A stretch of 64,000 nucleotides of DNA from an uncultured Chloroflexia bacterium. GTDB taxonomy: Bacteria > Chloroflexota > Chloroflexia > QHBQ01 > JADMIH01. The notes under the pieces were generated by a model. It worked only from the letters and a program-made list of their open reading frames with translations. It searched no databases and was not told where the DNA came from. The translations under genes and the position numbers were made by a program. Where the stretch lies: assembly GCA_963797095.1 (NCBI GenBank), contig CAWCNY010000003.1, positions 576,001 to 640,000 on the forward strand, read 5' to 3'. Below, in pieces: positions 49,572-58,531 of the stretch. Each line of letters starts with the position of its first letter. The stretch's first letter is position 1.

Positions 49572-51947
49572 ATGCCAACAAAAGTCTCTAAAAGAACGAC
49601 CGGCAAAGTATTGAACCAAATGGATGACCTCGAATTTCTGTCTGATGCATTGTTAGCTACACTTGCTAACGTCGATAACACTACAAAGGTCGCTGAAGGC
49701 GAGTTGCTGACCGAGGTCGAACTGAGCGCAGCCAAAGCTTTCATAGGGCGGGGGAAGTATGAATATGCAATGAGTATGCTTTCCCGAGCGGCCGACCATG
49801 CGCCGTCTGACACATTAAAGGGTCAGGTAGCCGATCAGTTACTGGCGCTGGCAAAGGCATTGGTGAAGATAGGCGACAGTGAACTTCCCTTGCAAGTTGA
49901 GCAATTGCTACGGTTAGCATTGGCACTTGCTCCTGGCCGGGCCGCAGGTCCACTTGCCCAATTTCTGCAAAGGCGAGGGCAGTTGCAGGAGGCGGTTGAG
50001 ACATGGGGCATGGCTATACACCATAACCCTCAAGAAACCAACAATTACCTGGCGCTTGCCCGACTCCACAAGCAGATGGGGGAACCGGAAAAGGCTCAAG
50101 GGGTCTGTTTAAATCTGGTTGGCTCTGTACCATCAGCCAAAAATACCTTGATTGTGAGTGGGTTACTGGATGAACTTGCCCTGCAACTCCCCAAGGGGCG
50201 ACCCAATCAGACTGCGAAGGTCGCATTGCTCGGCAATGCGACCTTAGACCATTTGCAAAGCTATCTCAAAGTTGCACTTTACCAGTCCGGCTTGCACCCA
50301 AATCTTTATCTCGGCGGTTTTGGCCAGTATGCAATGGAAATATTTGATCCCGAAAGCGGACTGTACACATTCGCGCCGGACGTCCTGGTGCTGGCTATAC
50401 ATCCGAGCCAACTGTTCCCAAACCTGCATCACTTCCCATTTGATATGACGATTGACCAGCGTCGCGCCGAGATTGACGCCGGCCTGGAAAGCATGAGGAG
50501 TTTAATAGAGGCTTTCACGCGCCGCAGTTCGGCTTTGGTGCTGGTGCATAACATGGTTGTTCCCCAGCACCCAGCCCTGGGCACACTCGACCTGCGAGAT
50601 GAATTCGGGCAGGCAGCCATGTTCGCCGAGATCAACCTTCGGCTGGCGGATATGTTGCGAAGCCAGTTCAAGAATGCGTACATAGTGGACGAGGATGGTG
50701 TTCAGTCACTACACGGCAAGGCGCAAGCCACTGATGCCAGACTGTGGTACACGGCACGTCTGCCTTGGTCGCATGACATTCTCAGAGCCCTGACGCATGA
50801 GTATCTTAGGTACATAAGGCCTCTCAAGGGCTTAGCCAGAAAGTGCATCATTCTCGATCTGGACAACACACTATGGGGAGGCGTAATCGGGGAGGATGGC
50901 CTGGAGGGCATCCAGCTTGGCTCGGAAGCTCCAGGCAACGCTTACGTTGCTTTCCAGCGTGAGATTGAGCGACTTTGGCGGCGCGGCATTTTGCTTGCGA
51001 TCAGCAGCAAGAACAACCAGGACGATGCAATTGCGGTATTCGAGAAAAACCCCAATATGGTGTTAAAGCTCGCGCACTTCGCGGCGCAGCGCATCAACTG
51101 GGAGCCTAAAGTGGATAGTATTCGCCAGCTAGCCGAGGAACTCAATCTAGGGCTTGACAGCCTTGTTTTCCTGGACGACAACCCTGTGGAAAGAGCCAAA
51201 GTTCGAGCCGAATTGCCCCAGGTGCTAACGCCCGAACTGCCTACAGAGCCTTCTCATTATCGCGACGCGCTGCTTGCACTTGGCGTGTTCGATACGCTAG
51301 CCTTGACCGACGAAGACCGCAACAGAAACAAGCTCTACGCCGAACAAAGAGTCCGCAAAGAGTACGAAGCAACCTTCAGCAACAACCTCGACGAATTCCT
51401 TGCCGGGCTGAAGATGACCGTTGATATTGCGCCTGCCACTAGCCTTACCCTTCCCCGTCTCGCCCAACTGACCAATAAGACCAACCAATTCAACCTGACT
51501 ACGAAGCGCTATAACGAAGCGCAAATAAGTGAGATGCAAGCGCGAGGCTCACTCGTCTTTGGTATGAACGTCACAGATCGGTTTGGGGATAACGGGCTAG
51601 TTGGTCTGGCCATTGTTGTGCCCAGGTCATATGATGCCTGGGAGATCGATACCTTTCTTATGAGCTGCCGAGTAATGGGCCGAGGGGTCGAAACTGCTCT
51701 GATGGCTGCCGTTTGCCAATTATTACGCGAGCATGAAGCCAAGACTCTCGAAGGTTGGTACATACCAACCGCCAAGAACGCTCCGGTCAAGGATTTCTAC
51801 CCCAGTCACGGCTTCATAGTCAAAGACCAGATATCCGATGGCAGTATCCAGTACAGTTTCGATATTCGAGGTGGGGAACTTGCGGCCCCAAAATGGCTCA
51901 GCGTACATATCAAGTGGCCTTCTGAGATGACATGGCAGGCACAGTAG
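49572..51947 (+). CDS. FkbH-like HAD-IIIC protein with N-terminal TPR-like repeats
   Basis: Helical TPR-like N-terminus, KCIILDLDNTLWGGVIGEDG, SKNN, FLDDNPVER, KTNQFNLTT, DRFGDNG, FLMSCRVMGRGVE. Confidence 0.92.
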   Translation: MPTKVSKRTTGKVLNQMDDLEFLSDALLATLANVDNTTKVAEGELLTEVELSAAKAFIGRGKYEYAMSMLSRAADHAPSDTLKGQVADQLLALAKALVKIGDSELPLQVEQLLRLALALAPGRAAGPLAQFLQRRGQLQEAVETWGMAIHHNPQETNNYLALARLHKQMGEPEKAQGVCLNLVGSVPSAKNTLIVSGLLDELALQLPKGRPNQTAKVALLGNATLDHLQSYLKVALYQSGLHPNLYLGGFGQYAMEIFDPESGLYTFAPDVLVLAIHPSQLFPNLHHFPFDMTIDQRRAEIDAGLESMRSLIEAFTRRSSALVLVHNMVVPQHPALGTLDLRDEFGQAAMFAEINLRLADMLRSQFKNAYIVDEDGVQSLHGKAQATDARLWYTARLPWSHDILRALTHEYLRYIRPLKGLARKCIILDLDNTLWGGVIGEDGLEGIQLGSEAPGNAYVAFQREIERLWRRGILLAISSKNNQDDAIAVFEKNPNMVLKLAHFAAQRINWEPKVDSIRQLAEELNLGLDSLVFLDDNPVERAKVRAELPQVLTPELPTEPSHYRDALLALGVFDTLALTDEDRNRNKLYAEQRVRKEYEATFSNNLDEFLAGLKMTVDIAPATSLTLPRLAQLTNKTNQFNLTTKRYNEAQISEMQARGSLVFGMNVTDRFGDNGLVGLAIVVPRSYDAWEIDTFLMSCRVMGRGVETALMAAVCQLLREHEAKTLEGWYIPTAKNAPVKDFYPSHGFIVKDQISDGSIQYSFDIRGGELAAPKWLSVHIKWPSEMTWQAQ

Positions 51948-51968
51948 TGTCAGAATTGGCATCACTCG

Positions 51969-53405
51969 TCACTCACTACTCCCCCGCCGCCTGTTCACAC
52001 TCCGGGCCAGCTTGCCCAACGTGCTCGAATTCACCACGCGAAGCACAACGTCCCTTGCGCGCAGCCGGGCTTGCATCCCATGCGCCCACTCTTCCAGTTT
52101 CGCCATCGCCTGGTTCTTCTGATCGATCACGTTGCGCATATCGCCTATTTCGGCCAGCAGGTCGCTGATATACTTATCCCTTTGCTCAACTGCATGGCTC
52201 AAATTCCTAACTTCAGCCGATAGCAAAGCAACACTAGCGCCGGCATTCCCCGGCGTCCGCCCCATCTCCACCGCACGCTGCACCAGCTCATCTGGCCGCC
52301 TCGCCGCCCACTCCTCCACCTTGCGCCCCACAAGCGTTATATACTCCACTTCCTCCGGGAACGCATCCGCGAACAGGCTATAGATCCGCGCCAGCACCTG
52401 GCTCGAATAATGATAACTCTCCTCATCATACCCCGTCGACAGGTAGTAGATAAAAGTGAATTGGTCAAGCGCCACGTTGCGTACCTTACAGCTCTCCACC
52501 TCGAAGTTCTCCAGCAGCGCCTCTATCACCTCCTGGCTCCCCGCATCTTCCAGCCGCGAGTGCCCCGCCCTCGGCAACCCCTCCAGCGCCGCCGCATCCA
52601 GCGTCCGTACCCTCGGATACACCTCGGCCTGCGCCCACTCGTGCATCTTCCTCGCCACCGCCGCCAGCACCTGGTTGTTGCCTATATGCTCATCTACCGC
52701 TATCACACCCCCATCCCGCAGCCACCCCCGAATAACCCTCATCTCCTCCTTCAATCGCGGAACATGGTGCATCGAGTGCAACCCGAACACCGCATCGAAC
52801 CACCCCGGCTCGAACGACAAATATCCCACCGCCGCCCCCACGTACTCCACATACACCCCCTGCTCAATCGCATACCGCTTCGCCAGCCGCATATTGCCCG
52901 CGCTCGGATCGAAGCCCACCACCTGGTGCCCCCGCCGCGCAAGATAAAGGCTGCTCCAGCCCGTCCCGCACCCGATATCCAGCACCACCTCTGCGTCCCG
53001 TATCAGCGGATCATCGGCCAGAATAGAATGCGTCCCTGCGAGGTCGCGCCCATGAGAGGTCGAGGGGTCAGCCACCTCGATCCCCTCGTTGATCAATTGC
53101 GCCCTCGGAGCGCGCAGGTCGAAAAACCCCCGGTCCCCCCGGTCCCACATAAACCCGTACCACCTATCCCAGTAAGACGCTTCCTCCCTCAGCTCGTCCG
53201 GGAACAACTGCTCGAACGATGGCACATACTCCGTGATCGGATAAACCCGCCCGCATCTCGGACACACTATAGTGCCCTCTTTCACCTCTTCAACCGCGCC
53301 GGAGATGTATTCGACAACAGCGGTACCTGTGGCCGCCAATACCAACCCCCTGCTGTCGCAATCGCGCGCCGGGCAGCGTATTTTCTCTATCAGACTCGCT
53401 TTCAT
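51969..53405 (-). CDS. Trm112-like zinc ribbon + SAM methyltransferase + C-terminal coiled coil
   Basis: IRCPARDC...CPRCGRVYPI, LDIGCGTG, FDPS, SMHHVP, heptad tail. Likely start MKASL at 53405; the longer ORF overlaps the next gene. Confidence 0.82.
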   Translation of the reverse strand: MKASLIEKIRCPARDCDSRGLVLAATGTAVVEYISGAVEEVKEGTIVCPRCGRVYPITEYVPSFEQLFPDELREEASYWDRWYGFMWDRGDRGFFDLRAPRAQLINEGIEVADPSTSHGRDLAGTHSILADDPLIRDAEVVLDIGCGTGWSSLYLARRGHQVVGFDPSAGNMRLAKRYAIEQGVYVEYVGAAVGYLSFEPGWFDAVFGLHSMHHVPRLKEEMRVIRGWLRDGGVIAVDEHIGNNQVLAAVARKMHEWAQAEVYPRVRTLDAAALEGLPRAGHSRLEDAGSQEVIEALLENFEVESCKVRNVALDQFTFIYYLSTGYDEESYHYSSQVLARIYSLFADAFPEEVEYITLVGRKVEEWAARRPDELVQRAVEMGRTPGNAGASVALLSAEVRNLSHAVEQRDKYISDLLAEIGDMRNVIDQKNQAMAKLEEWAHGMQARLRARDVVLRVVNSSTLGKLARSVNRRRGSSE

Positions 53406-53436
53406 AATCGCATTCGTCTCTCGCCCTTCGTCCTCT

Positions 53437-55425
53437 TTATGGTTCGCAGCCTGGGAGGAAAGCGTTAGCCACGATCTTACTTGCCTGGCCGCGCGTGGCC
53501 GTGTTGCCCGGCCTGAAATATGGCCTGTTGAGCGGCTGCCTGCACGGTTCTCCGGCCCCGCCACACGCGTACCCTTGCATAATAGCACGGCTAGCCAACC
53601 GGTAGATGTACTGGTAGAAAGTAGATCCGGGCGCGACGTCCTCGAACTGCTGCGGGCCGGGCGTTTCGCCAAACCCTGCGGCCTCTGATACTATCTTCGA
53701 TATCTGCCCTCTCGTGACGCTGGCGTTCGGCCTGAAGTATGGCAGATTGAGCGGCGGCACACAAGGCTCTCCCGCCCCGCCGCAGGCATACCCACTAATA
53801 TACCCTTGAGAAGCAAGCCTGCCAACGAAATCGTAAAAAGTGGAGCCGGGAGGCAGGTCCTCAAAGCTCTGTGAAGCCACCGGGCCTGTCAAATTCGCGG
53901 CATTCGCAACCACCTTGGCAACCTGCCCGCGTGTCACTTCGTTCTGGGGCCGGAACGTGCCGTCGCTGTACCCTGAAATGATATCATGCCCCACCAGGCA
54001 CATCACATAAGGGTAGAACGTCGAGCCTTGTATCACGTCGCTGAAAAGCGACTTCCACTCAAGATAGACCGGATCGGAACCCACACTGACCAGACGAGCG
54101 CCCCCCGCACCCGGCTCCGTCGCCACCTCATGCCCGAACAGGTCCACAGCCCGCCGAAGGTCCGCCGCCTGCGAGGCCGGTATCGTCATGGTGGTTGTTC
54201 CCTCACTGTTATTCCACACTACCGACACCTGGCCGGTTCCATCGGCCGGCCTGAACCTGTAGCCCTCAAGCGCGCCAACCACCCCATCTGCCGCCCCTAA
54301 CCTGTACAGGTACGCCCCCGACCCCACCTCCTGGCTCAACGTCTGCATCGCCCCGTAAGAAGGCTTGGGGTTGTTATCCACTCGCAGCAGCCCCGAAAGC
54401 GCGAACACCTCCTGGCCGGGGTTCGGATTGGAGGTATCTCTGTCCGCGTACCACGTCACGGCACGTAACCCGCTCGCCGCCCCCTGCGCTATCATCTGCA
54501 CAACGTAGCGCGCCTGTAGCGCCTCGCTGCTCCCATACTCGGGATCGCTGGTCAAGCCGCTCTCGGTGACGATCAATGGCAGGTCCGCGCCGTGTGCGTC
54601 CATCTCGGCGCGCACATCGGCCGCCTTCAAGCCGATATTGGTCCACCCATGAGCGTTGTTCCTGTAGTAGTGGAACGCCAAAGCATCGAGATGCTCCGCC
54701 CCGCCGTGGTCCAGCACGCCCGGCAGGAAATCGGGGTTGAACGGACCGCCCTGGCTGAACCATACATCATAGGCCAACCCGCCCATCATCACCACCGACT
54801 GAGAATCGACCCCCTTGATCGCAGGGTAGGCCGCAGCGAGCATCTGCGCATACTTGTCGGGGTGCAGACCCCACCCGAGCTGCTGGTTCGGCACCCCAGC
54901 GCCGTCCGGCTCGTTCCAGAACTCATAGAAGTGCACATTGTACGGCGCGTGGCTGTAGCGTGCGGCAACCGCTCCCATGAACTCCCCGAAAGCGCTGTAT
55001 TTGCCGTCGTAGATCGGCCCATTAGGATCCCCGCACGCCCACGACGGGCACTCAGATACCAGCGCCAGCGGCGCTATCCCATACCCCGATAGGCTGCTGA
55101 AAAAGCTATCGTAATACGACCACGAGTAATTGGCGGGATCGGTATAGGCAGGCTCGATTTGTGACCACCGCAGTTGCACCCGCACAAACCCCACGCCCGA
55201 CTGCGCGTCCTCTTCCAATGCCTCGTTGATGTGCAACGCCTCCAAACCGAGACGAGGCATATTAGCCGGCCCATTAGGCTGGAGTCCCGAAGGACCGGCG
55301 CTTTCCTGGGCCTCCAGCCACCCAAAAGCCGATCCAACTGACCCCAAGCACAGCCCGGCAAACAGCCCGAAGCATACCAACAAAAACCATATTCCGCTCA
55401 ACCCACCACGAAAACGATCCTTCAT
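53437..55425 (-). CDS. Secreted clan GH-A glycoside hydrolase (GH39/GH5-like) with 3 SLH domains
   Basis: Signal peptide, VR..LRWSQIEP, YEFWNEPD, DALAFHYY, LIVTESG, SLH FSDV..ISGYSDGTFRP..VTRGQVAKV. Confidence 0.88.
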   Translation of the reverse strand: MKDRFRGGLSGIWFLLVCFGLFAGLCLGSVGSAFGWLEAQESAGPSGLQPNGPANMPRLGLEALHINEALEEDAQSGVGFVRVQLRWSQIEPAYTDPANYSWSYYDSFFSSLSGYGIAPLALVSECPSWACGDPNGPIYDGKYSAFGEFMGAVAARYSHAPYNVHFYEFWNEPDGAGVPNQQLGWGLHPDKYAQMLAAAYPAIKGVDSQSVVMMGGLAYDVWFSQGGPFNPDFLPGVLDHGGAEHLDALAFHYYRNNAHGWTNIGLKAADVRAEMDAHGADLPLIVTESGLTSDPEYGSSEALQARYVVQMIAQGAASGLRAVTWYADRDTSNPNPGQEVFALSGLLRVDNNPKPSYGAMQTLSQEVGSGAYLYRLGAADGVVGALEGYRFRPADGTGQVSVVWNNSEGTTTMTIPASQAADLRRAVDLFGHEVATEPGAGGARLVSVGSDPVYLEWKSLFSDVIQGSTFYPYVMCLVGHDIISGYSDGTFRPQNEVTRGQVAKVVANAANLTGPVASQSFEDLPPGSTFYDFVGRLASQGYISGYACGGAGEPCVPPLNLPYFRPNASVTRGQISKIVSEAAGFGETPGPQQFEDVAPGSTFYQYIYRLASRAIMQGYACGGAGEPCRQPLNRPYFRPGNTATRGQASKIVANAFLPGCEP

Positions 55426-55465
55426 CGCCACTCGCTACTCGCCACTCGCCACTCATCACTCGCCA

Positions 55466-56335
55466 TTAAACAAACAACGGCTCCATCCCAAGTTTCGACA
55501 ATCGTTCCTCCAAACCGCCAACCTCATCCTGCCCAATACGTTCATCGAACCTGCTGGCGGCGTCCAGCACCTTTGGAAGCAAATTCATATCGCCCACCGT
55601 ATCGAGGAAAATGCCAGGTCGTGCCAGCACCCACCACACGGCAGCATCAATATCGTCCTGCTCCTCCAACGGCTTATACCAGGTCGAGCGCGTGTGCTCC
55701 TGCCCCATCCACGGCTTGTACGCGATAGATTTGATCGTCTGCACCGCCCGGTTATCCTCCTGGCACTTCGCGACCAGGGCATTGAAATTGGTCGCGTAAT
55801 ACTCGTTCTGCATAGTGATGTAGTTGTAAGGCAGCAGCACCGAGTCGAAATCGAACCGCTCCAGGCTCCGACGATGTGCGGCGGCGATCTGCACTCCATG
55901 CCCTGTGATCCCGATCCCCCGGATCAACCCTTGCTGCCGGGCCTCCACCGCCGCCTCGATCACACCGCCGGGGCTGAGGGCCGTATCCCAATCTATCGGA
56001 TCGACCAGATTGTGGAACTGCCACAGGTCGACATGGTCGAGCCCCATCCGGTCCAGCGATCGATGCAACTCCTCTTTGGCGGCAGCGGCCTTGCGCTCTC
56101 CTGTTTTTGTCGCGACAAAAAAGTGCCCCGGTAGCCGCTTCAACCAGGGCGCTATCCGTAATTCCGCGTCACCGTAGCTTGCCGCCACGTCGATATGGTT
56201 GACCCCGTACTGCATCAGCACATCCAGCGTCCGGTCTGCATCATCCTGTGACACAGAGCTAAGTGAGGCCGCACCGAAGATCGTGCGGGTACTCACATGC
56301 CCAAGCCGTCCAAAAGGTAACATCGGAATAGCCAT
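55466..56335 (-). CDS. Aldo/keto reductase
   Basis: [39 protein letters not shown]. Confidence 0.92.
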   Translation of the reverse strand: MAIPMLPFGRLGHVSTRTIFGAASLSSVSQDDADRTLDVLMQYGVNHIDVAASYGDAELRIAPWLKRLPGHFFVATKTGERKAAAAKEELHRSLDRMGLDHVDLWQFHNLVDPIDWDTALSPGGVIEAAVEARQQGLIRGIGITGHGVQIAAAHRRSLERFDFDSVLLPYNYITMQNEYYATNFNALVAKCQEDNRAVQTIKSIAYKPWMGQEHTRSTWYKPLEEQDDIDAAVWWVLARPGIFLDTVGDMNLLPKVLDAASRFDERIGQDEVGGLEERLSKLGMEPLFV

Positions 56336-56518
56336 TCAACTCCTCCTTTTCCAGGTCGCCGGACCTTCAAAATCGGTGATTCTGGCTAAAGTATACCACG
56401 TCTGCCGCCCCGCCCGGTCATGCCACCCGCCTCACTATTGTATAATTTCCTGCTGAACACTATGCTGACGAGAAAGCATTGAGCAACCAACCACTCTCGA
56501 ACCAGGAAGGCGTTTGCA

Positions 56519-57520
56519 TTGGCATCAAACGATTACGTGCTAGGACTGGACGGCGGCAATACCAAGACCATAGCCCTCGTAGCCGGGGCCGATGGCGGCG
56601 TCGTGGGCGTGGGCAGGGGCGGCTGCTCCGATATCTACACCTCACCCGATGTGCAGGTCCCCCTGGGTGAAGCCGAGAGCGCAATCTCAAGCGCCCTCAC
56701 GATGGCGGGCATAGAAGCCGCGCAATTGGCCGCCGGTGCTTTCAGCATGGCAGGGGCCGACTGGCCCGCTGATTTCGCCCTCATCCGAGCGGCTATGCAA
56801 CAGCGTGGCTACGGCAAACAGATCACAGTAGTCAACGATGCCGTTGGCGCGCTCCGCGCAGGCTCGCCCGGCGGCCCTGCGGCCGTGGCCGTATGCGGCA
56901 CCGGCGCGGCCACTGCCGCCCGCTCGGCGGAAGGCAAAATCTGGCACAGCAGTTGGTGGCAGGAAGCCCAGGGTGCGCACCAGTTAGGAGTAAGAACCCT
57001 CAATGCCGTCTATCGCGCCGAGCTTGGCATAACCCCACCCACTAAGCTGACCCCAGCCGTCCTCACATATTTCGATAAGCAGACCGTCGAAGAAGTGCTC
57101 TCCCTCTTTTACACGCGCGGCACCGCGCCTCCCCCCGCCGGAAGGGTGAGCAGTCTATCGAGGGTTCTTTTCGACGTGGCTTGCGACGGCGATACTACTG
57201 CCCGCCACATTGTGCAAGATCATGGCGCTGCTCTCGGTGACTATGTGCTCGCAGCCGCCAAACAGGTGGGCATCGAAAAACTGCCGTTCACCCTCGTCCT
57301 GGCGGGTGGGGTGCTCCGCCACTCTTCGCGTCTCTTGCCTGAGGCCCTGATCGCCCGCGTCCAATCTCAGTCACCATACGCTGTGCCCGTCTACAGCCTC
57401 TTCGAGCCCGCCGTGGGTGCACTTCTCCTGGCATTCGAAGCCGCAGGTATACCGGTTGGCGAGCCCCTGCTCACCTGCCTCACCGCCACCCTACCCGAAT
57501 CATCCCTGTTCGCCACCTGA
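56519..57520 (+). CDS. BadF/BadG/BcrA/BcrD-type sugar kinase (N-acetylglucosamine kinase-like)
   Basis: LGLDGGNTKT, MAGAD, VVNDA, VCGTG, LAGGV. Confidence 0.88.
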   Translation: MASNDYVLGLDGGNTKTIALVAGADGGVVGVGRGGCSDIYTSPDVQVPLGEAESAISSALTMAGIEAAQLAAGAFSMAGADWPADFALIRAAMQQRGYGKQITVVNDAVGALRAGSPGGPAAVAVCGTGAATAARSAEGKIWHSSWWQEAQGAHQLGVRTLNAVYRAELGITPPTKLTPAVLTYFDKQTVEEVLSLFYTRGTAPPPAGRVSSLSRVLFDVACDGDTTARHIVQDHGAALGDYVLAAAKQVGIEKLPFTLVLAGGVLRHSSRLLPEALIARVQSQSPYAVPVYSLFEPAVGALLLAFEAAGIPVGEPLLTCLTATLPESSLFAT

Positions 57521-57936
57521 GCGAAACGTAGCACGCAACACCTGAACGCTTACGCACTACTCCCCACTCGCTACTCGTCGCACACATGGCAAGGCGCCAC
57601 TGGCTTGAGTCTCGAACCGGAAGGTTATAAGTATTGCTGGATAAACCCGGTTCGTAACTCGAAGCAGTGACGCCTTGCCTTAAGATTAGCACTTCCGTGC
57701 CTTCGGCGCAATACCTCGAAATGGTGAACTGGAGCCATTCGAATTAGGTACTCACAAAGCCACAAGAGCTATAGACCGCTACAGTGCTCCCCGGTGGCCT
57801 GCTCTTAACCGATCCTTCATTTTGCTCTGGCCCATACTTAATCAGTCCCCACTATACTGGATAAAAGCACTGGTCCACAAAGATGCCAACCATAGAAAAA
57901 CAAAACATATAGAGACGAAGGCCCCAGGAGAAATAA

Positions 57937-58425
57937 ATGGCTCACAAAAATACAAAAAAGCACTCACCCGCAGGTGGCATCAAAGCCATAATCGCCACCG
58001 CATCGGTCGCAGCCACCCTCACCGGTTGGGCAATTCTCCCTTCCAGTGACACTCAAAATACCGGCAATACCGCCACCGAGTCTCAATCTCAGGTTCAAAC
58101 TATTGCTTCCAATTCAGTAAGCACAAACACAGAGGCCGCTACCGGCGTAGCAAGCACGCCCAGGCCCACCCCCACTCAAGCCACCATAGCAACGGCGACA
58201 CCAACTCACACTCCCATCCAGTTGCCAACCGAAACCCCCACCCAGGCCTACATTCAGGTACCCACCGAAGTAGCGACCGAAACCCCTACCGCAATCCCCA
58301 CAGAAACGCCTACCACCGAACCCACAGTCGCCCCGACAGAAACCCCTGTGCAGTCGCAGCAGCAAACACAATCAAGCTCCTCAACGCAGCCCCGGTCGGT
58401 TACAAACACCCGCTCGTCCAGGTAA
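57937..58425 (+). CDS. Small membrane-anchored or secreted Thr/Pro-rich protein
   Basis: RBS AGGAG, N-terminal hydrophobic helix, low-complexity PTETPT linker, C-terminus TNTRSSR. Confidence 0.72.
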   Translation: MAHKNTKKHSPAGGIKAIIATASVAATLTGWAILPSSDTQNTGNTATESQSQVQTIASNSVSTNTEAATGVASTPRPTPTQATIATATPTHTPIQLPTETPTQAYIQVPTEVATETPTAIPTETPTTEPTVAPTETPVQSQQQTQSSSSTQPRSVTNTRSSR

Positions 58426-58470
58426 CGGCAGATCCTAGCGGGCCCCCAGGCAGGCGCGAAGCCCGAAAAT

Positions 58471-58515
58471 AACAAAGAGAGAACGGGCGGTGGGGCCGTC
58501 CATTCTCTCTTTGTT
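58471..58515. terminator. Bidirectional terminator
   Basis: AACAAAGAGAGAACGGGCGG...CCGTCCATTCTCTCTTTGTT between convergent genes. Confidence 0.7.
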
Positions 58516-58531
58516 TGTAAACGGCAGGATC

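Noticed and set aside
32161-51947. PKS/NRPS or lasso-peptide cluster
   Set aside because: No KS or condensation domains, and no precursor peptide, B protein or RRE next to AsnB.
52410-56134. Long + strand ORFs (52410-53468, 55226-56134)
   Set aside because: Antisense to well-supported genes, no motifs, and explained by GC-rich codon bias.
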